A stretch of 64,000 bases of DNA from an uncultured Acidimicrobiales bacterium (GTDB lineage Bacteria > Actinomycetota > Acidimicrobiia > Acidimicrobiales > SZUA-35). The translations under genes were made by a program, and so were the position numbers. A model generated the notes under the pieces. The model saw only the letters and a list, made by a program, of their open reading frames with translations, was not told the origin of the DNA and did no database searches. The stretch lies in the NCBI GenBank assembly GCA_963775125.1, contig CAVZHQ010000004.1, forward strand, positions 7,549 to 71,548, in the 5' to 3' direction. Of this stretch, positions 1 through 9,083 are shown piece by piece. Position 1 is the first letter of the stretch. The number at the start of each line of letters is the position of its first letter.

Positions 1-1247
1 ACGGGACGACGTTCTCCGCCGAGCTCGCGGTGAGCGCGGCCGCGACCGACGAGGAGAAGTTCCTGATCGCAACCGTTCGGGACATCAGCGAGCGGAGCCA
101 CGCACTGCGAGCGCTCCAGACCAGCGAGGAGCTCCACCGTTCGGTGATCGCATCCCTCCACGAGGGCATCGTCGTCCACGGATCTGACGGGTCGATCACT
201 GCCTGTAATGAACGTGCCTCGGAGATCCTCGGTCTCCCGGTGGAGCAGATCACCGGAGCAGTGCCGACAGATCCGAACTGGCGCTGCGTCCGGCCGGACG
301 GCTCTCCGATGCCTGGGGGTGAGCACCCGGCATCGATCGCGCTGACCACCGGTCGGCCGTGTCCCGAGGTGCTGATGGGAGTGCACCGGCCGGCAGGTGA
401 CCTCCGGTGGATCTCGGTCACGGCTCAGCCCATGTCGACGTCTCCCGACGAGCTCGATGGTGTGGCGGTGTCGTTCGCCGACGTGACCGACCGAGTCAGC
501 CTCGAACGCATGAAGGACGAGTTCGTCTCCGTCGTCAGCCACGAGCTGAAGACGCCGCTCACATCGATCCGCGGTGCGCTCGGCCTCGCCGCCAGTGGCA
601 GGCTGGGTGCGTGTCCGCCTGAAGCGCAGCGGATGATCGAGGTCGCACTGTCCAACACCGAGCGGCTCGCCCGACTGGTACAGGACATCCTCGACATCGA
701 GAGGATGACCGCCGACCAGCCGAACCTCGCGCTCCAGGCCACCGACGTCCGATCACTCGTGGACCAGGCCATCGACCTGATGGGGCCCATGGCCCGGGCG
801 GCATCGGTGACCCTCGGCTCGAACTCGGCCCCGGTCCCGCTGTGGGTCGATCCCGACCGCATCCTGCAGCTGCTTACCAACCTGCTGAGCAACGCCATCA
901 AGTTCTCCGCTCCGGGTGGACAGGTCAGGATCTCGACACTCGTCGACGGGGACCGACTCCTCGTTCGGGTGGCCGACCAGGGGCGGGGAATCCCCGCCGA
1001 CATGCTCGAGCGGGTCTTCGGCCGGTTCCAGCAGGTCGACGCCTCCGACTCGCGCGCCAAGGGTGGCACCGGTCTGGGGCTGGCGATCTGTCGGAGTATC
1101 GTCGAGCTGCACGGGGGGACGATCTGGGCAGAGTCCGAGCTCGGTGCCGCTAGCACCTTCTCCTTCACGCTTCCGATGCTCGGCCGGGTGCCGGCAGGCG
1201 ATGGGTCGAGGCCGACCGATCAGCGCGACCAGGTGGTGGCGACATGA
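1..1247 (+). CDS. PAS-domain sensor histidine kinase, 5-prime partial
   Basis: ORF 30..1247. In-frame codons 3..29 (GTTFSAELA) continue a PAS-like segment with no stop, so the gene starts left of the window. Second PAS-like block SEELHRSVIASLHEGIVV, H-box HELKTPLTSIRG, ATPase motifs DQGRGIP and GGTGLGLAICRSIV. Confidence 0.85.
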   Translation, partial: GTTFSAELAVSAAATDEEKFLIATVRDISERSHALRALQTSEELHRSVIASLHEGIVVHGSDGSITACNERASEILGLPVEQITGAVPTDPNWRCVRPDGSPMPGGEHPASIALTTGRPCPEVLMGVHRPAGDLRWISVTAQPMSTSPDELDGVAVSFADVTDRVSLERMKDEFVSVVSHELKTPLTSIRGALGLAASGRLGACPPEAQRMIEVALSNTERLARLVQDILDIERMTADQPNLALQATDVRSLVDQAIDLMGPMARAASVTLGSNSAPVPLWVDPDRILQLLTNLLSNAIKFSAPGGQVRISTLVDGDRLLVRVADQGRGIPADMLERVFGRFQQVDASDSRAKGGTGLGLAICRSIVELHGGTIWAESELGAASTFSFTLPMLGRVPAGDGSRPTDQRDQVVAT

Positions 1248-1624
1248 CCCAGCCGACCGTGCTCATCGTCGACGATGAGGACGACATCCGCGAGGTTGCC
1301 CGCATGGCGCTCGAGGTGATCGGCGGATGGATCACCCACACCGCGTCGTCGGGAGACGAAGCCCGGCAGCTCGCCGCGACGATCCGACCGGACGTCGTCC
1401 TGCTCGACGTGATGATGCCGGGGCTCGACGGGCCTGCCACCCTGGCTCGCCTCCGCGACGACCCCGCCACCAGAACGATCCCCGTCGTGTTCCTCACAGC
1501 GAAGACCCAGGCATCGGATCTCGTGGCCCTCGAGGCGCTCGGTGCTCGGGGTGTGCTCTCCAAGCCGTTCGATCCGCTGACGCTGGCCGACTCGATCGCC
1601 GACCTCATGGAGTGGCGGAGGTGA
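1244..1624 (+). CDS. single-domain response regulator receiver (CheY-like)
   Basis: 126 aa with LIVDDEDDIREV, LLDVMMPGLDG, FLTAK and SKPF receiver landmarks. ATGA overlap with the kinase stop. Confidence 0.85.
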   Translation: MTQPTVLIVDDEDDIREVARMALEVIGGWITHTASSGDEARQLAATIRPDVVLLDVMMPGLDGPATLARLRDDPATRTIPVVFLTAKTQASDLVALEALGARGVLSKPFDPLTLADSIADLMEWRR

Positions 1625-3339
1625 CGACCGATCCGAGCCCGGCGGCCACCCTGGCCGACCTATGGGAGCGTCACCGGGGTACCAACCTGAGCCGTGTGGC
1701 CGTCCTCGAGGATGTCACGCTGGCCATCATCGAGGGCACTGCCGACGACGAGGCCCGCTCCCTGGCCCAGCGCGAGGCGCACAAACTGGCCGGCTCGCTC
1801 GGTACGTTCGGGTTCCATGAGGGGAGCCGTCTGGCCAGGTCGATCGAGTCGCTGCTCGAGGACGAACGGCCCGAGCCTCTGACGCTGGCCGACGCCGTGG
1901 CCCTGTTGGCGCAACAGCTCGACCCATCACCGGGTCCGGTCGGGGAAGGGGTCGACCCCGCTCCCCCCGTCTCGGACGGGTCGGGTCAGGACGTTGAAAC
2001 ATCCGGGGCGACCCCCGCCTTCGACGGTCGTCGTCGCGTCGTGGTGCTCTCGGCCGACGAGATCCTGATCGGCCGACTGGCCGATGCGGCGAAGCGAGTC
2101 GAGCTCACCGTCACCGACTCCGCCGAGACGGCCCGCTCACTGGTCGAGACCGGCGGAATCGACACGGTGCTGGTCGATCTCGACGGCGATCACGGGATGG
2201 AGCGGTTCGAGGCGATCGTGCCGACCTCTTCGAGCACGAGGTTCTTCGCCTTGACGGGCTCGGATGACCCCGATCATCGGCTGCGGGTCGCCCAGGCGGG
2301 CGGCCATGGCTACTTCCCGCGTACGTTCGCCGCCAGTCGGCTCTTCGATCCGACAGAGGCCGGACTGACATCGGAGCGGTATCCCGGGGCGCGGATTCTC
2401 GCCGTCGACGACGATCCGACCCAGCTCGACGTTCTCGACGTGATCCTCGGGGGCGCCGGCATGACCGTGACCCCACTGACTGAGCCCCTCCGGTTCTGGG
2501 AGACGTTGCAGGAGGTCCGACCCGATGCGGTGATCGTCGATGTCGACATGCCGGGGGTCAGCGGGCTCGTCCTGTGCCGGATGGTCCGCAACGACCCCCG
2601 CTGGCACCGGCTCCCGGTCCTGGTGCTGACCGCAGGCCACGATGCGACGGCCATCCAGTCGGCGTTCGCGGCCGGAGCCGACGACTACATCGCCAAGCCC
2701 ATCGCCTCGCCGCAGTTCGAGGCAAGGGTTGCGTCCCACGTGGAACGCCACCGTCTCGTGAGCCGTCTGACCGACGTCGATCCGCTCTGCGGCATCTGGG
2801 GCCGCAGGAGCGCGGAGCAGTCGCTGGGCGACCTCGTGCGGCTCGCCGGCCGGCAGGCCTCGCCCCTGTCGCTCGCCATGGTCGATCTCGACCATTTCCG
2901 CCGGGTCAACTCCCGCGGCGGTCACCTCACCGGCGATGCCGTGCTGCGAACCGTCGCTGACCTCATGCGTCGGCGCGTTCGCGAGGAGGACGTGGTCGGG
3001 CGTTGGGGAGGCGACGAGTTCGTCCTCGGCTTCTACGGCCTGAGCAGCGCGGTCGCCGTCGAACGGCTCACCGACATGCTCGGGGAGATGTCCTCGTCGA
3101 GGTTCGCCGATCTCGACGGGCGTGACTTCGGAGCGACCTTCAGCGCCGGTGTGGCCGAGTTCCCCCGCGACGGGACCGACCTTCCGGCACTGATCGGTGC
3201 GGCCGACGCCGCCCTCTACCGGGCGAAAGCCGTGCGAGCCACGGTGCGCGCCGCCTCGTCGCTCGGCGCCGCCGACCAGGGTACCGAACGGGTGGACGTG
3301 GTGGTAGTGGACGACGACGCAACCTCGTCGATCTGCTGA
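1621..3339 (+). CDS. Hpt - receiver - GGDEF diguanylate cyclase
   Basis: Start chosen at GTG 1621 (GTGA overlap with the receiver stop); the longer ORF from 1327 overlaps gene 2 out of frame. Hpt motif HKLAGSLGTFG, a degenerate receiver-like region, a canonical receiver (ILAVDDD, DVDMPGVSG, AKP) and a GGDEF domain (RWGGDEFVL). Confidence 0.8.
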   Translation: MTTDPSPAATLADLWERHRGTNLSRVAVLEDVTLAIIEGTADDEARSLAQREAHKLAGSLGTFGFHEGSRLARSIESLLEDERPEPLTLADAVALLAQQLDPSPGPVGEGVDPAPPVSDGSGQDVETSGATPAFDGRRRVVVLSADEILIGRLADAAKRVELTVTDSAETARSLVETGGIDTVLVDLDGDHGMERFEAIVPTSSSTRFFALTGSDDPDHRLRVAQAGGHGYFPRTFAASRLFDPTEAGLTSERYPGARILAVDDDPTQLDVLDVILGGAGMTVTPLTEPLRFWETLQEVRPDAVIVDVDMPGVSGLVLCRMVRNDPRWHRLPVLVLTAGHDATAIQSAFAAGADDYIAKPIASPQFEARVASHVERHRLVSRLTDVDPLCGIWGRRSAEQSLGDLVRLAGRQASPLSLAMVDLDHFRRVNSRGGHLTGDAVLRTVADLMRRRVREEDVVGRWGGDEFVLGFYGLSSAVAVERLTDMLGEMSSSRFADLDGRDFGATFSAGVAEFPRDGTDLPALIGAADAALYRAKAVRATVRAASSLGAADQGTERVDVVVVDDDATSSIC

Positions 3340-3455
3340 CGGAGACGCTTCGAGCCCGAGGACTGGCCGTGTGCGACCTGACCGATGGCCAGGTCGCGGC
3401 CGACCGGCTGGGGGTCGGGCCCTGGCACCCCCGAGTCCACGAGCTGACGTCGTGA
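3286..3455 (+). pseudogene. truncated receiver-domain fragment, out of frame with the cyclase 3-prime end
   Basis: The last cyclase codons read ERVDVVVVDDDA. Shifting frame at about 3322 continues NLVDLLTETLRARGLAVCDLTDGQVAADRLG, a receiver N-terminus, then stops at 3453-3455 after about 55 residues. Confidence 0.45.
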
Positions 3456-3642
3456 AGCTCCGCCGGCCGTCGCCTCCGCATTGGTCAACGTCGCCCCACG
3501 GGGGATGATGGCGAAGATATGCACTTGGCTCTGCAGTTCGTGGTGGTCGGTACCGGCCAACTCCCCACGAGGTGACACATCCATGTGAAGCGACCGAGGT
3601 CATGTCCATGGACCGAAGCCGACGCAGAGCAGGAGCGGGTGG

Positions 3643-3681
3643 TGTCGGAGGGGGATTGCCGCCCTTGACACACGCCGCCGG
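3643..3681. repeat. tRNA-Leu 3-prime-end-like remnant, copy A (most diverged)
   Basis: TGTCGGAGGGGGATTGCCGCCCTTGACACACGCCGCCGG. Same orientation and same opening motif as copies B-H. Confidence 0.5.
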
Positions 3682-3948
3682 ACTAGGTTCGACATTCGTC
3701 GATCCAACGCCGTCGCCAGGGATCGGCCCGCTCCTTTCCCGACCGCTCTGAGCGCCGGCCTGGCACCGACGAGCCTGGTGGTCGCCTGCCTCTATCCCGC
3801 CCTCGGCTCCTGAGATCAGCGATTCGCCCGATCGGCGGAGCGGGACCTTCGCCTCTGCCCAACTCGAGCTGGACCTCACAGAATGGATCTGCCTCCGAGA
3901 GGCGACCGAATGAGAACATCGATTCAGAGAAGCCATGAGGTGGCAGCG

Positions 3949-4278
3949 ATGACGAAGACCGATGTGAAGACTGCGTGGAGCAAGGTAGGAGACGAGCTCT
4001 CCGGACTCGGGCTCAAGCTCAAGTACCACATACAGGGAGAGTTCGCCGACGATGAGGACGGCGACGAGGTCAAAGCCGCGCTCAAGCGCCTCGCTGACGC
4101 CATCGACGACACCGTCGACGCCGCTGGAAACGCAGCCAAGGACCCTGCGGTGCGCGAGGACGTGAAGAACGCCGGCCAGTCGTTGATAACTGCTCTCGCC
4201 ACAACAATGAACGAAGCAGTAAAGGCGTGCCGGTCAGCGAGTAACGAAACCGGCCGCAATAAACGAGACGACAACTGA
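3949..4278 (+). CDS. small acidic hypothetical protein
   Basis: ATG 3949 preceded by GAGGTGG. 109 aa (MTKTDVKTAWSKVGDELSGLG...) with helical, protein-like composition. No family recognised. Confidence 0.45.
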   Translation: MTKTDVKTAWSKVGDELSGLGLKLKYHIQGEFADDEDGDEVKAALKRLADAIDDTVDAAGNAAKDPAVREDVKNAGQSLITALATTMNEAVKACRSASNETGRNKRDDN

Positions 4279-4765
4279 CGCCCAAACGTGAGCTTGACCG
4301 CCGGCACCTTCTCGAGCGAGGGCCTTGAGCTTGGGATGCATCTGCCATCGCCGCCACCGCGAGCATTCCGAGCGTGACGACAGTGATGTCCACCGCGACG
4401 ACCTCTGCGGATCGCCATCGATCGAGCGCAGCGATCGAGCGCCGACTCCCGCACCGGGATCGACTACGACCGCTGGTGCGCCATCAATAGGGCTGGCGGC
4501 CAGGTCGGTCGCCCTCTCGACAATCGGATCGGGAGTGAACAAGGTCCCGAGACGCCGACAGCCGACGTCCTCAAGAGCTCGCGGCAACTCGCCCGTTCTG
4601 TCGACAAGCCAGGTGCGGTGGGCTCGAGCAAGATATCCGTTAGGCCGCTCCACGCGCCACCATGGTGCCGATCGCTCCTTGCGTTCACCAACCGCGTCGG
4701 CTTCAGTTCCAGTCGGGACCTCCGGCACTATGCGGGGTTGCGGGATGCGGCGAGACTCTGCTTCG

Positions 4766-6438
4766 ATGGTTGACTCAACGTTCGAGGCATCCGGTCGCCG
4801 TCCCGGTGAACCGGCCGACCCGTCCCACGACAGCAGTCCTGGTGGCCTTTCGCGCTCCCTCGGCCTGGGCCAGATCACCGCAAGCGGGGTCGGGATCATC
4901 ATCGGCGCCGGGATCTATGTCCTACTCGGGGCCGCCACCGCCGAGGCGGGCGCCGGGGTGTGGCTGGCGTTCCTCGTCGCCGGAGCCCTCAGTGCGTTGA
5001 CCGCGCTCAGCTACGCCGAGCTCGCCGCCATGTTCCCCAACGCCGGCGCCGAATTCGACTACACCCGTCGAGTCGCCCCCGACTGGGCCGCCTTCGTCGT
5101 CGGTTGGGTCATGATCCTCGGACTTGTCATCGCTGCCGCAGCGGTATCGCTGGGCTTCGCCAGCTACCTCCGATACTTCATTGACCTTCCACAACGCGTC
5201 GGCGCATGGGGACTGCTTGGCTTCATCACCATCGTCGCCCTCGCCGGAATCGAACAATCCGCACGACTGACCGTTGCCTTCTCCGCGATCCAGGTCGGCG
5301 GACTCGCCGTGATCGTGGCGATCGGCATTCCCCACATCGGCGACCACAACCTTGTCGAAGGCTCCTCAGCGTCCGGTGTCATCACCGCCGCGGCGTTGGT
5401 GTTCTTCGCTTTCGTCGGCTTCGACGAAGTCATCACGCTCGCCGAAGAGACAACCAACCCCGCCCGGACAGTGCCCCGAGCCCTCCTCCTCGCGTTGGCA
5501 ATTTCAACCATGCTCTACGTTGCCGTAGCGATCGCCGGTATCAGCGTCCTCGGACCCGTAGCGCTCGCCGAATCCGAACAACCACTCGCCGACGTAATGA
5601 GCGAAGCGATCGGCTCCCAGTCAGCGAAGGTCGTCGCACTCGTTGCGTTGATCGCCACGACGAACACCACCCTGCTCGCAATAACCGCAGCGTCTCGCCT
5701 TCAGTTCGGTATGGCGGACACGGGCGCGCTCCCCGCTTCGTCGGCCGCCTCAGCGAGCGACGCTCGCCATGGGTCGCAGTACTCACAGCAGCGGCCGTCG
5801 CCGCGGGCTTCGTCGCAATCGGCGACCTCCGACTCGTCGCCAGCATCACCGACTTCGCGGTCTACCTCGTCTTCATTGCCGTGAACGTTACGGTCATCCT
5901 CTTGCGCTTCTGGCAGCCGAATCGGCGGCGGCCATTTGCCATACCCGGCACGATCGCGAACGTCCCGATATCCCCCGTGCTCGCGCTCGCCACCATCGCC
6001 GTCCTCCTGCCGTCGCTCGAACCGACAGCGATCTTCCTCGGTGCGATCGTCGTAGCCATCGGACTCGCTGTCTACGCTTCGCTCCGACACTTCCGACCGG
6101 CACAACCACAACCCCAGCTACTGCCCGAGGACCCCATGAAGCCACGCACCCGAATACAGCGCAGCGAGGCGACCCTCGTATCGGAAATCCTCCGCATCGA
6201 CTTCGCCGCCGTCGAATTCGATCTCGACCAGTTTCATCAGGGAATGGGTGTCGAACTCCAGCACGGGACTGGCGACCCCGACACGAACGTCACCAACGAC
6301 GATCTCATCACAATCGGCAAGCTCGCACTCGCCCACCTCAACGAAATCCCCGACTACTACACCCGCCTCGCCGCAATGCAAGCCCAGGCCCAAGCCCAGG
6401 CCCAGGCCCACAAGAGAATCGATGGGCATTCGAGGTGA
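4766..6438 (+). pseudogene. APC-family amino-acid permease with a non-membrane C-terminal extension; frame broken at 5731-5734
   Basis: Frame 1 reads GLGQITASGVGIIIGAGIYVLLG ... RLQFGMADTGALP. Frame 2 continues RFVGRLSERRSPWVAVLTAAAVAAGF ... to 6438. One extra C in the CCCC run at 5731-5734 would restore a continuous permease. Confidence 0.8.
6379..6411 (+). repeat. hexanucleotide repeat (CARGCC)x5 encoding QAQAQAQAQA
   Basis: CAAGCCCAGGCCCAAGCCCAGGCCCAGGCCCAC, read directly, at the extreme 3-prime end of the permease frame. Confidence 0.9.
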
Positions 6439-6612
6439 TCAAGGGTCGCACACACTTCTCGCCGAGCCCGAACCGAGTCAGCTCTCGGCGCCGTTGAGCT
6501 CACGTCCCGACCGGCTCCAGCCCCGCCGACTGAGGTGGACAACCGTTCTGTCGGCGTGACCTCGCAGCGAGCTGAACCTAAGTGGTCCTTCGCGGAAGTT
6601 CGTGGGTGTTGG

Positions 6613-6946
6613 TCAGGTCCAGGCGGTGGGGTCGTTGAGGTAGAGGCCGCAGGCGCAGTCGAGGGCTTGTTCGGGGGTGCCTGTGAGTCGGCCGTTGGGG
6701 AGGATCGAGTTCTCGTAAGCTGTCGTGGCTTGCGAGATAGATCGCGAATCCCCACAGCTCGGCGTTTTTCTTGTAGGTCAGCCGACAGAGCGGCATCGGG
6801 TCGCCGGTGAAATCGGTGCTGGTGAGGTAGACGAAGTCACCGCGGAACCGGATGCTGAGTTCGGCGAGGTTCGGCCAGCGTTGGTGGCGGTGGGTGTCGA
6901 GGCGGCGGGTGAGCAGTCGGCGGGTGTTGTCGGGGATCGCCATCAC
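6613..6946 (-). pseudogene. small conserved actinobacterial hypothetical protein, frame broken near 6717
   Basis: MMAIPDNTRRLLTRRLDTHRHQRWPNLAELSIRFRGDFVYLTS...CRLTYKKNAELWGFAIYLASHDS. After removing one T (AGCTTACGAG to AGCTACGAG) it continues YENSILPNGRLTGTPEQALDCACGLYLNDPTAWT and stops at 6613-6615. Confidence 0.5.
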
Positions 6947-6966
6947 CCGCTGATGGTAGGTGGTGG

Positions 6967-7131
6967 TCAGGCGGCGGGTCGGTGTGCGTCGATGCGGGCG
7001 CAGAGCTTGTCGAGGTCGTCACGCCCGAAGTTCCAGTCGAACGGGACGGCGCGCTGGTTGTAGCGCTCCTCGAACCTGGCGGGTCGTTCGGTGATTTCGT
7101 CGAGAGTGTTGACGTCCAACTTCGAGATCGC
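6967..7131 (-). mobile_element. IS630-family transposase C-terminal remnant
   Basis: Only the tail is present: LDEITERPARFEERYNQRAVPFDWNFGRDDLDKLCARIDAH. This matches the xYNxxAxPFxWxFTRxDL ending I know from IS630 transposases. No DDE core lies upstream. Confidence 0.5.
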
Positions 7132-7501
7132 CTGCGGCACCACCAATGACCCCGACACCATCGCCGGATTCACCCGGCGCATCGAAAGCGCCCGCTCGGA
7201 ACGAAACGGCGCCGAGATCCGCTTGCGGCGAGCAACCAGCGGACGGGGCCTCACCGAAGCCGAGATCCGAGCGGTCGTCAGCAACCTCGCTGATGCGTTG
7301 GTACTCCTCGCCAACGCATCGCATCAGGATCGGCGACGGGTCTACGAGGCGGCACAACTCGAGGTTCTCTAAGATCACGAAAACAACCGGGCCCAGATCT
7401 CGGTCGCCCCGAGGGTTACTGGTGGTGTCGGATGGGGGATTACAACCCTTAACCCACGCCGCCACAGCAGGTGGATCCCGTTGGCGACAGAGGCAGCGTG
7501 A
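7091..7501 (+). pseudogene. large serine recombinase C-terminal remnant (in-frame TAA at 7370-7372), running into repeat copy B
   Basis: FTRRIESARSERNGAEIRLRRATSGRGLTEAEIRAVVSNLADALVLLANASHQDRRRVYEAAQLEVL resembles the coiled-coil tail of actinobacterial large serine recombinases. After the TAA the same frame stays open through copy B to TGA 7499-7501. No catalytic domain is present. Confidence 0.45.
7426..7501 (+). repeat. ~72 bp repeat family, copy B
   Basis: TGTCGGATGGGGGATTACAACCCTTAACCCACGCCGCCACAGCAGGTGGATCCCGTTGGCGACAGAGGCAGCGTGA. Plus-frame translation VGWGITTLNPRRHSRWIPLATEAA*. Confidence 0.8.
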
Positions 7502-7552
7502 GCGACCCTTACCGGCCGCCCGTGGCAACGGGCTGGACCGCTCGACATTACT

Positions 7553-7579
7553 CGTATGCAATACGTATACTGAACGTAT
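7553..7579 (+). promoter_or_regulatory. candidate operator: CGTAT x3 at exact 11 bp spacing upstream of the RHH antitoxin gene
   Basis: CGTAT at 7553, 7564 and 7575 inside an AT-rich patch (TCGTATGCAATACGTATACTGAACGTATG). The last copy overlaps the ATG at 7578. RHH antitoxins typically bind tandem repeats. Confidence 0.3.
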
Positions 7580-7829
7580 GACGCAGACGTTAAGCTTCCG
7601 AGCCGAAACCTCACTCGCCACAGAACTCGATGCCGCAGCGGCCGAAGCAGGCGTTCCGCGGAGCGACCTGCTCAACCAGGCTGTCCGCGAGTTCCTCTAC
7701 CGCCTCCGATGCGAGCGCGACGCCGAGCGGTACGCCCTGCAACCGTTCACCGCAGCCGAGACGGCGGCCTGGCCGAACGAAGCATGGCCAGACGATGACA
7801 CCGACTGGACCGAAGTGTTCAGCCAATGA
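7578..7829 (+). CDS. ribbon-helix-helix antitoxin (MazE/CopG-like)
   Basis: 83 aa, MTQTLSFRAETSLATELDAAAAEAGVPRSDLLNQAVREFL (RHH pattern). ATGA overlap with the downstream toxin gene. Confidence 0.7.
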   Translation: MTQTLSFRAETSLATELDAAAAEAGVPRSDLLNQAVREFLYRLRCERDAERYALQPFTAAETAAWPNEAWPDDDTDWTEVFSQ

Positions 7830-8143
7830 AGCGCGGCGAGATCTGGTTTGCCGATATCGGACGAGGCGGGGATCGCCCCGTCCTCATCCTCACACGCGAT
7901 CCCGTCGCCGACCGTATCGACGCAGTCGTCGTAGCCCATCTGACAACGACAATTCGCGGCCTGACATCGGAACTGCCACTGGGCCCCGCCGACGGCCTCC
8001 AACGGGACTGCGTCGTCTCCTTCGACAACCTCCACACGATACCGAGATCGTCATTTCGCCGACGCGTCGCGGTCCTCCGCCCGTCACGACTCGACGAAGC
8101 ATGCGACCGACTGGGCGACGCGCTGGGCTGCGGCGACCACTGA
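7826..8143 (+). CDS. mazF: MazF/PemK-family endoribonuclease toxin
   Basis: 105 aa, MKRGEIWFADIGRGGDRPVLILTRDPV...VVVAHLTTTIRGLTSELPL...CVVSFDNLHTI. Typical PemK-fold signature. Confidence 0.85.
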   Translation: MKRGEIWFADIGRGGDRPVLILTRDPVADRIDAVVVAHLTTTIRGLTSELPLGPADGLQRDCVVSFDNLHTIPRSSFRRRVAVLRPSRLDEACDRLGDALGCGDH

Positions 8144-8336
8144 CGACCAACTCACGTCGATGCAGCGACGATGATCAGCGTCGCGCCCGCCTTGTTCTCG
8201 GGCGGTGACGACGCCAAGAACCTCGTCCGGCCCGTTTCGTTCACAGTGGCCTGTACAAGTGCCCCGGCGGCCGTGACCTGCTTCAGTGGTCTGCCCCATC
8301 GACTTCACTTGCGGCGGTGCCGGACCCGGATACGGG

Positions 8337-8455
8337 CTCTGGCCACTCGACCACACCATCACCTGGACCGAGCGGCAACTCGAACGCCGCGTCATCGACC
8401 ACATCCAGCACGAAGACGCTCACCCCGCCACCCGCTCGACGCAGCAACCACCCAC
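8337..8455 (+). mobile_element. integrase-core (rve) transposase C-terminal remnant
   Basis: LWPLDHTITWTERQLERRVIDHIQHEDAHP resembles the ECLDH..I....HL.R.L.EY..HYN..RPH tail. It is paralogous to the remnant at 13306-13407. Confidence 0.3.
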
Positions 8456-8883
8456 ATACAAACCAGTCGCACTTCGGCGATGGCCCCGGATCCGGCTCGA
8501 CTCCGAGCTGTCATTGGTTGCTGCGGTAGGTGCACTCGGGATCGGCGCTGGCCGACACGCCTGGCGGGAATCGCGTGTCAGGGTCGTACCCAATGCTGGC
8601 TCGGGCCCCGCCGAGGAGATCGACGTGGCTCACGTTGAGACGGGCCGCAGCAGCAGAGATCGCCTCAATCTCTGACTCTGACACGCAATCAATCGGGTCG
8701 AAGACGACGCAATCGGCGATGCCACCCCCGAACAGGTCGGTAAACAGCACCCCCCTCCGCCCTCCAACGACGCCTCGGACATCGGACCACACGGGCGGGA
8801 GGCCACCCTGCACTCGAGGCGGCGCAGGCCCAGCGAGCTGCACCGCCCATTGCAGGAAACCGATGGACGAACATCTGTTCCTA

Positions 8884-8956
8884 TGTCGGAGTGGCGATTA
8901 CAAACCTAAACCCACGCCGCCGAAGCCGGTGGATCCCATTGGCGCAAGCGGCGTGA
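8884..8956 (+). repeat. ~72 bp repeat family, copy C
   Basis: TGTCGGAGTGGCGATTACAAACCTAAACCCACGCCGCCGAAGCCGGTGGATCCCATTGGCGCAAGCGGCGTGA, translating as VGVAITNLNPRRRSRWIPLAQAA*. Preceded by CGAACATCTGTTCC, which resembles the flank of the real tRNA. Followed by the stem-loop GCGGC-TTCG-GCCGC at 8968-8981. Confidence 0.8.
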
Positions 8957-9083
8957 CAACCTGGTGGGCGGCTTCGGCCGCGCAATCGCGACGGCCTCAT
9001 CAACGAATACCCACATGCCGCCTGACCATCCACGACGCAATATCAGGCACCCACACGGTTGGGCCCGTCGGGTCTGCTTTGGG

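Noticed and set aside
2137-4029. 630 aa minus-strand ORF
   Set aside because: It is antisense to the Hpt-REC-GGDEF gene, has no recognisable motifs, and shows typical high-GC antisense open-frame composition.
4280-4765. Minus-strand ORF 4234..4902 with a protein-like stretch (GYLARAHRTWLVDRTGELPRALEDVG...VVVDPGAGVG)
   Set aside because: I could not recognise a family. The frame lacks a convincing start or end and overlaps the permease start. It is possibly another gene remnant, but not supportable.
6379-6411. CARGCC repeat as a regulatory or CRISPR-like element
   Set aside because: It is too short, perfectly in frame with the permease tail, and encodes (QA)n. Treated as a coding microsatellite.
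8511-8843. 110 aa minus-strand ORF (…LFGGGIADCVVFDPIDCVSESEIEAISAAAARLNVSHVDLL…)
   Set aside because: Protein-like, but no recognisable family and no partner or RBS evidence. It lies in a stretch full of remnants. Left uncalled.
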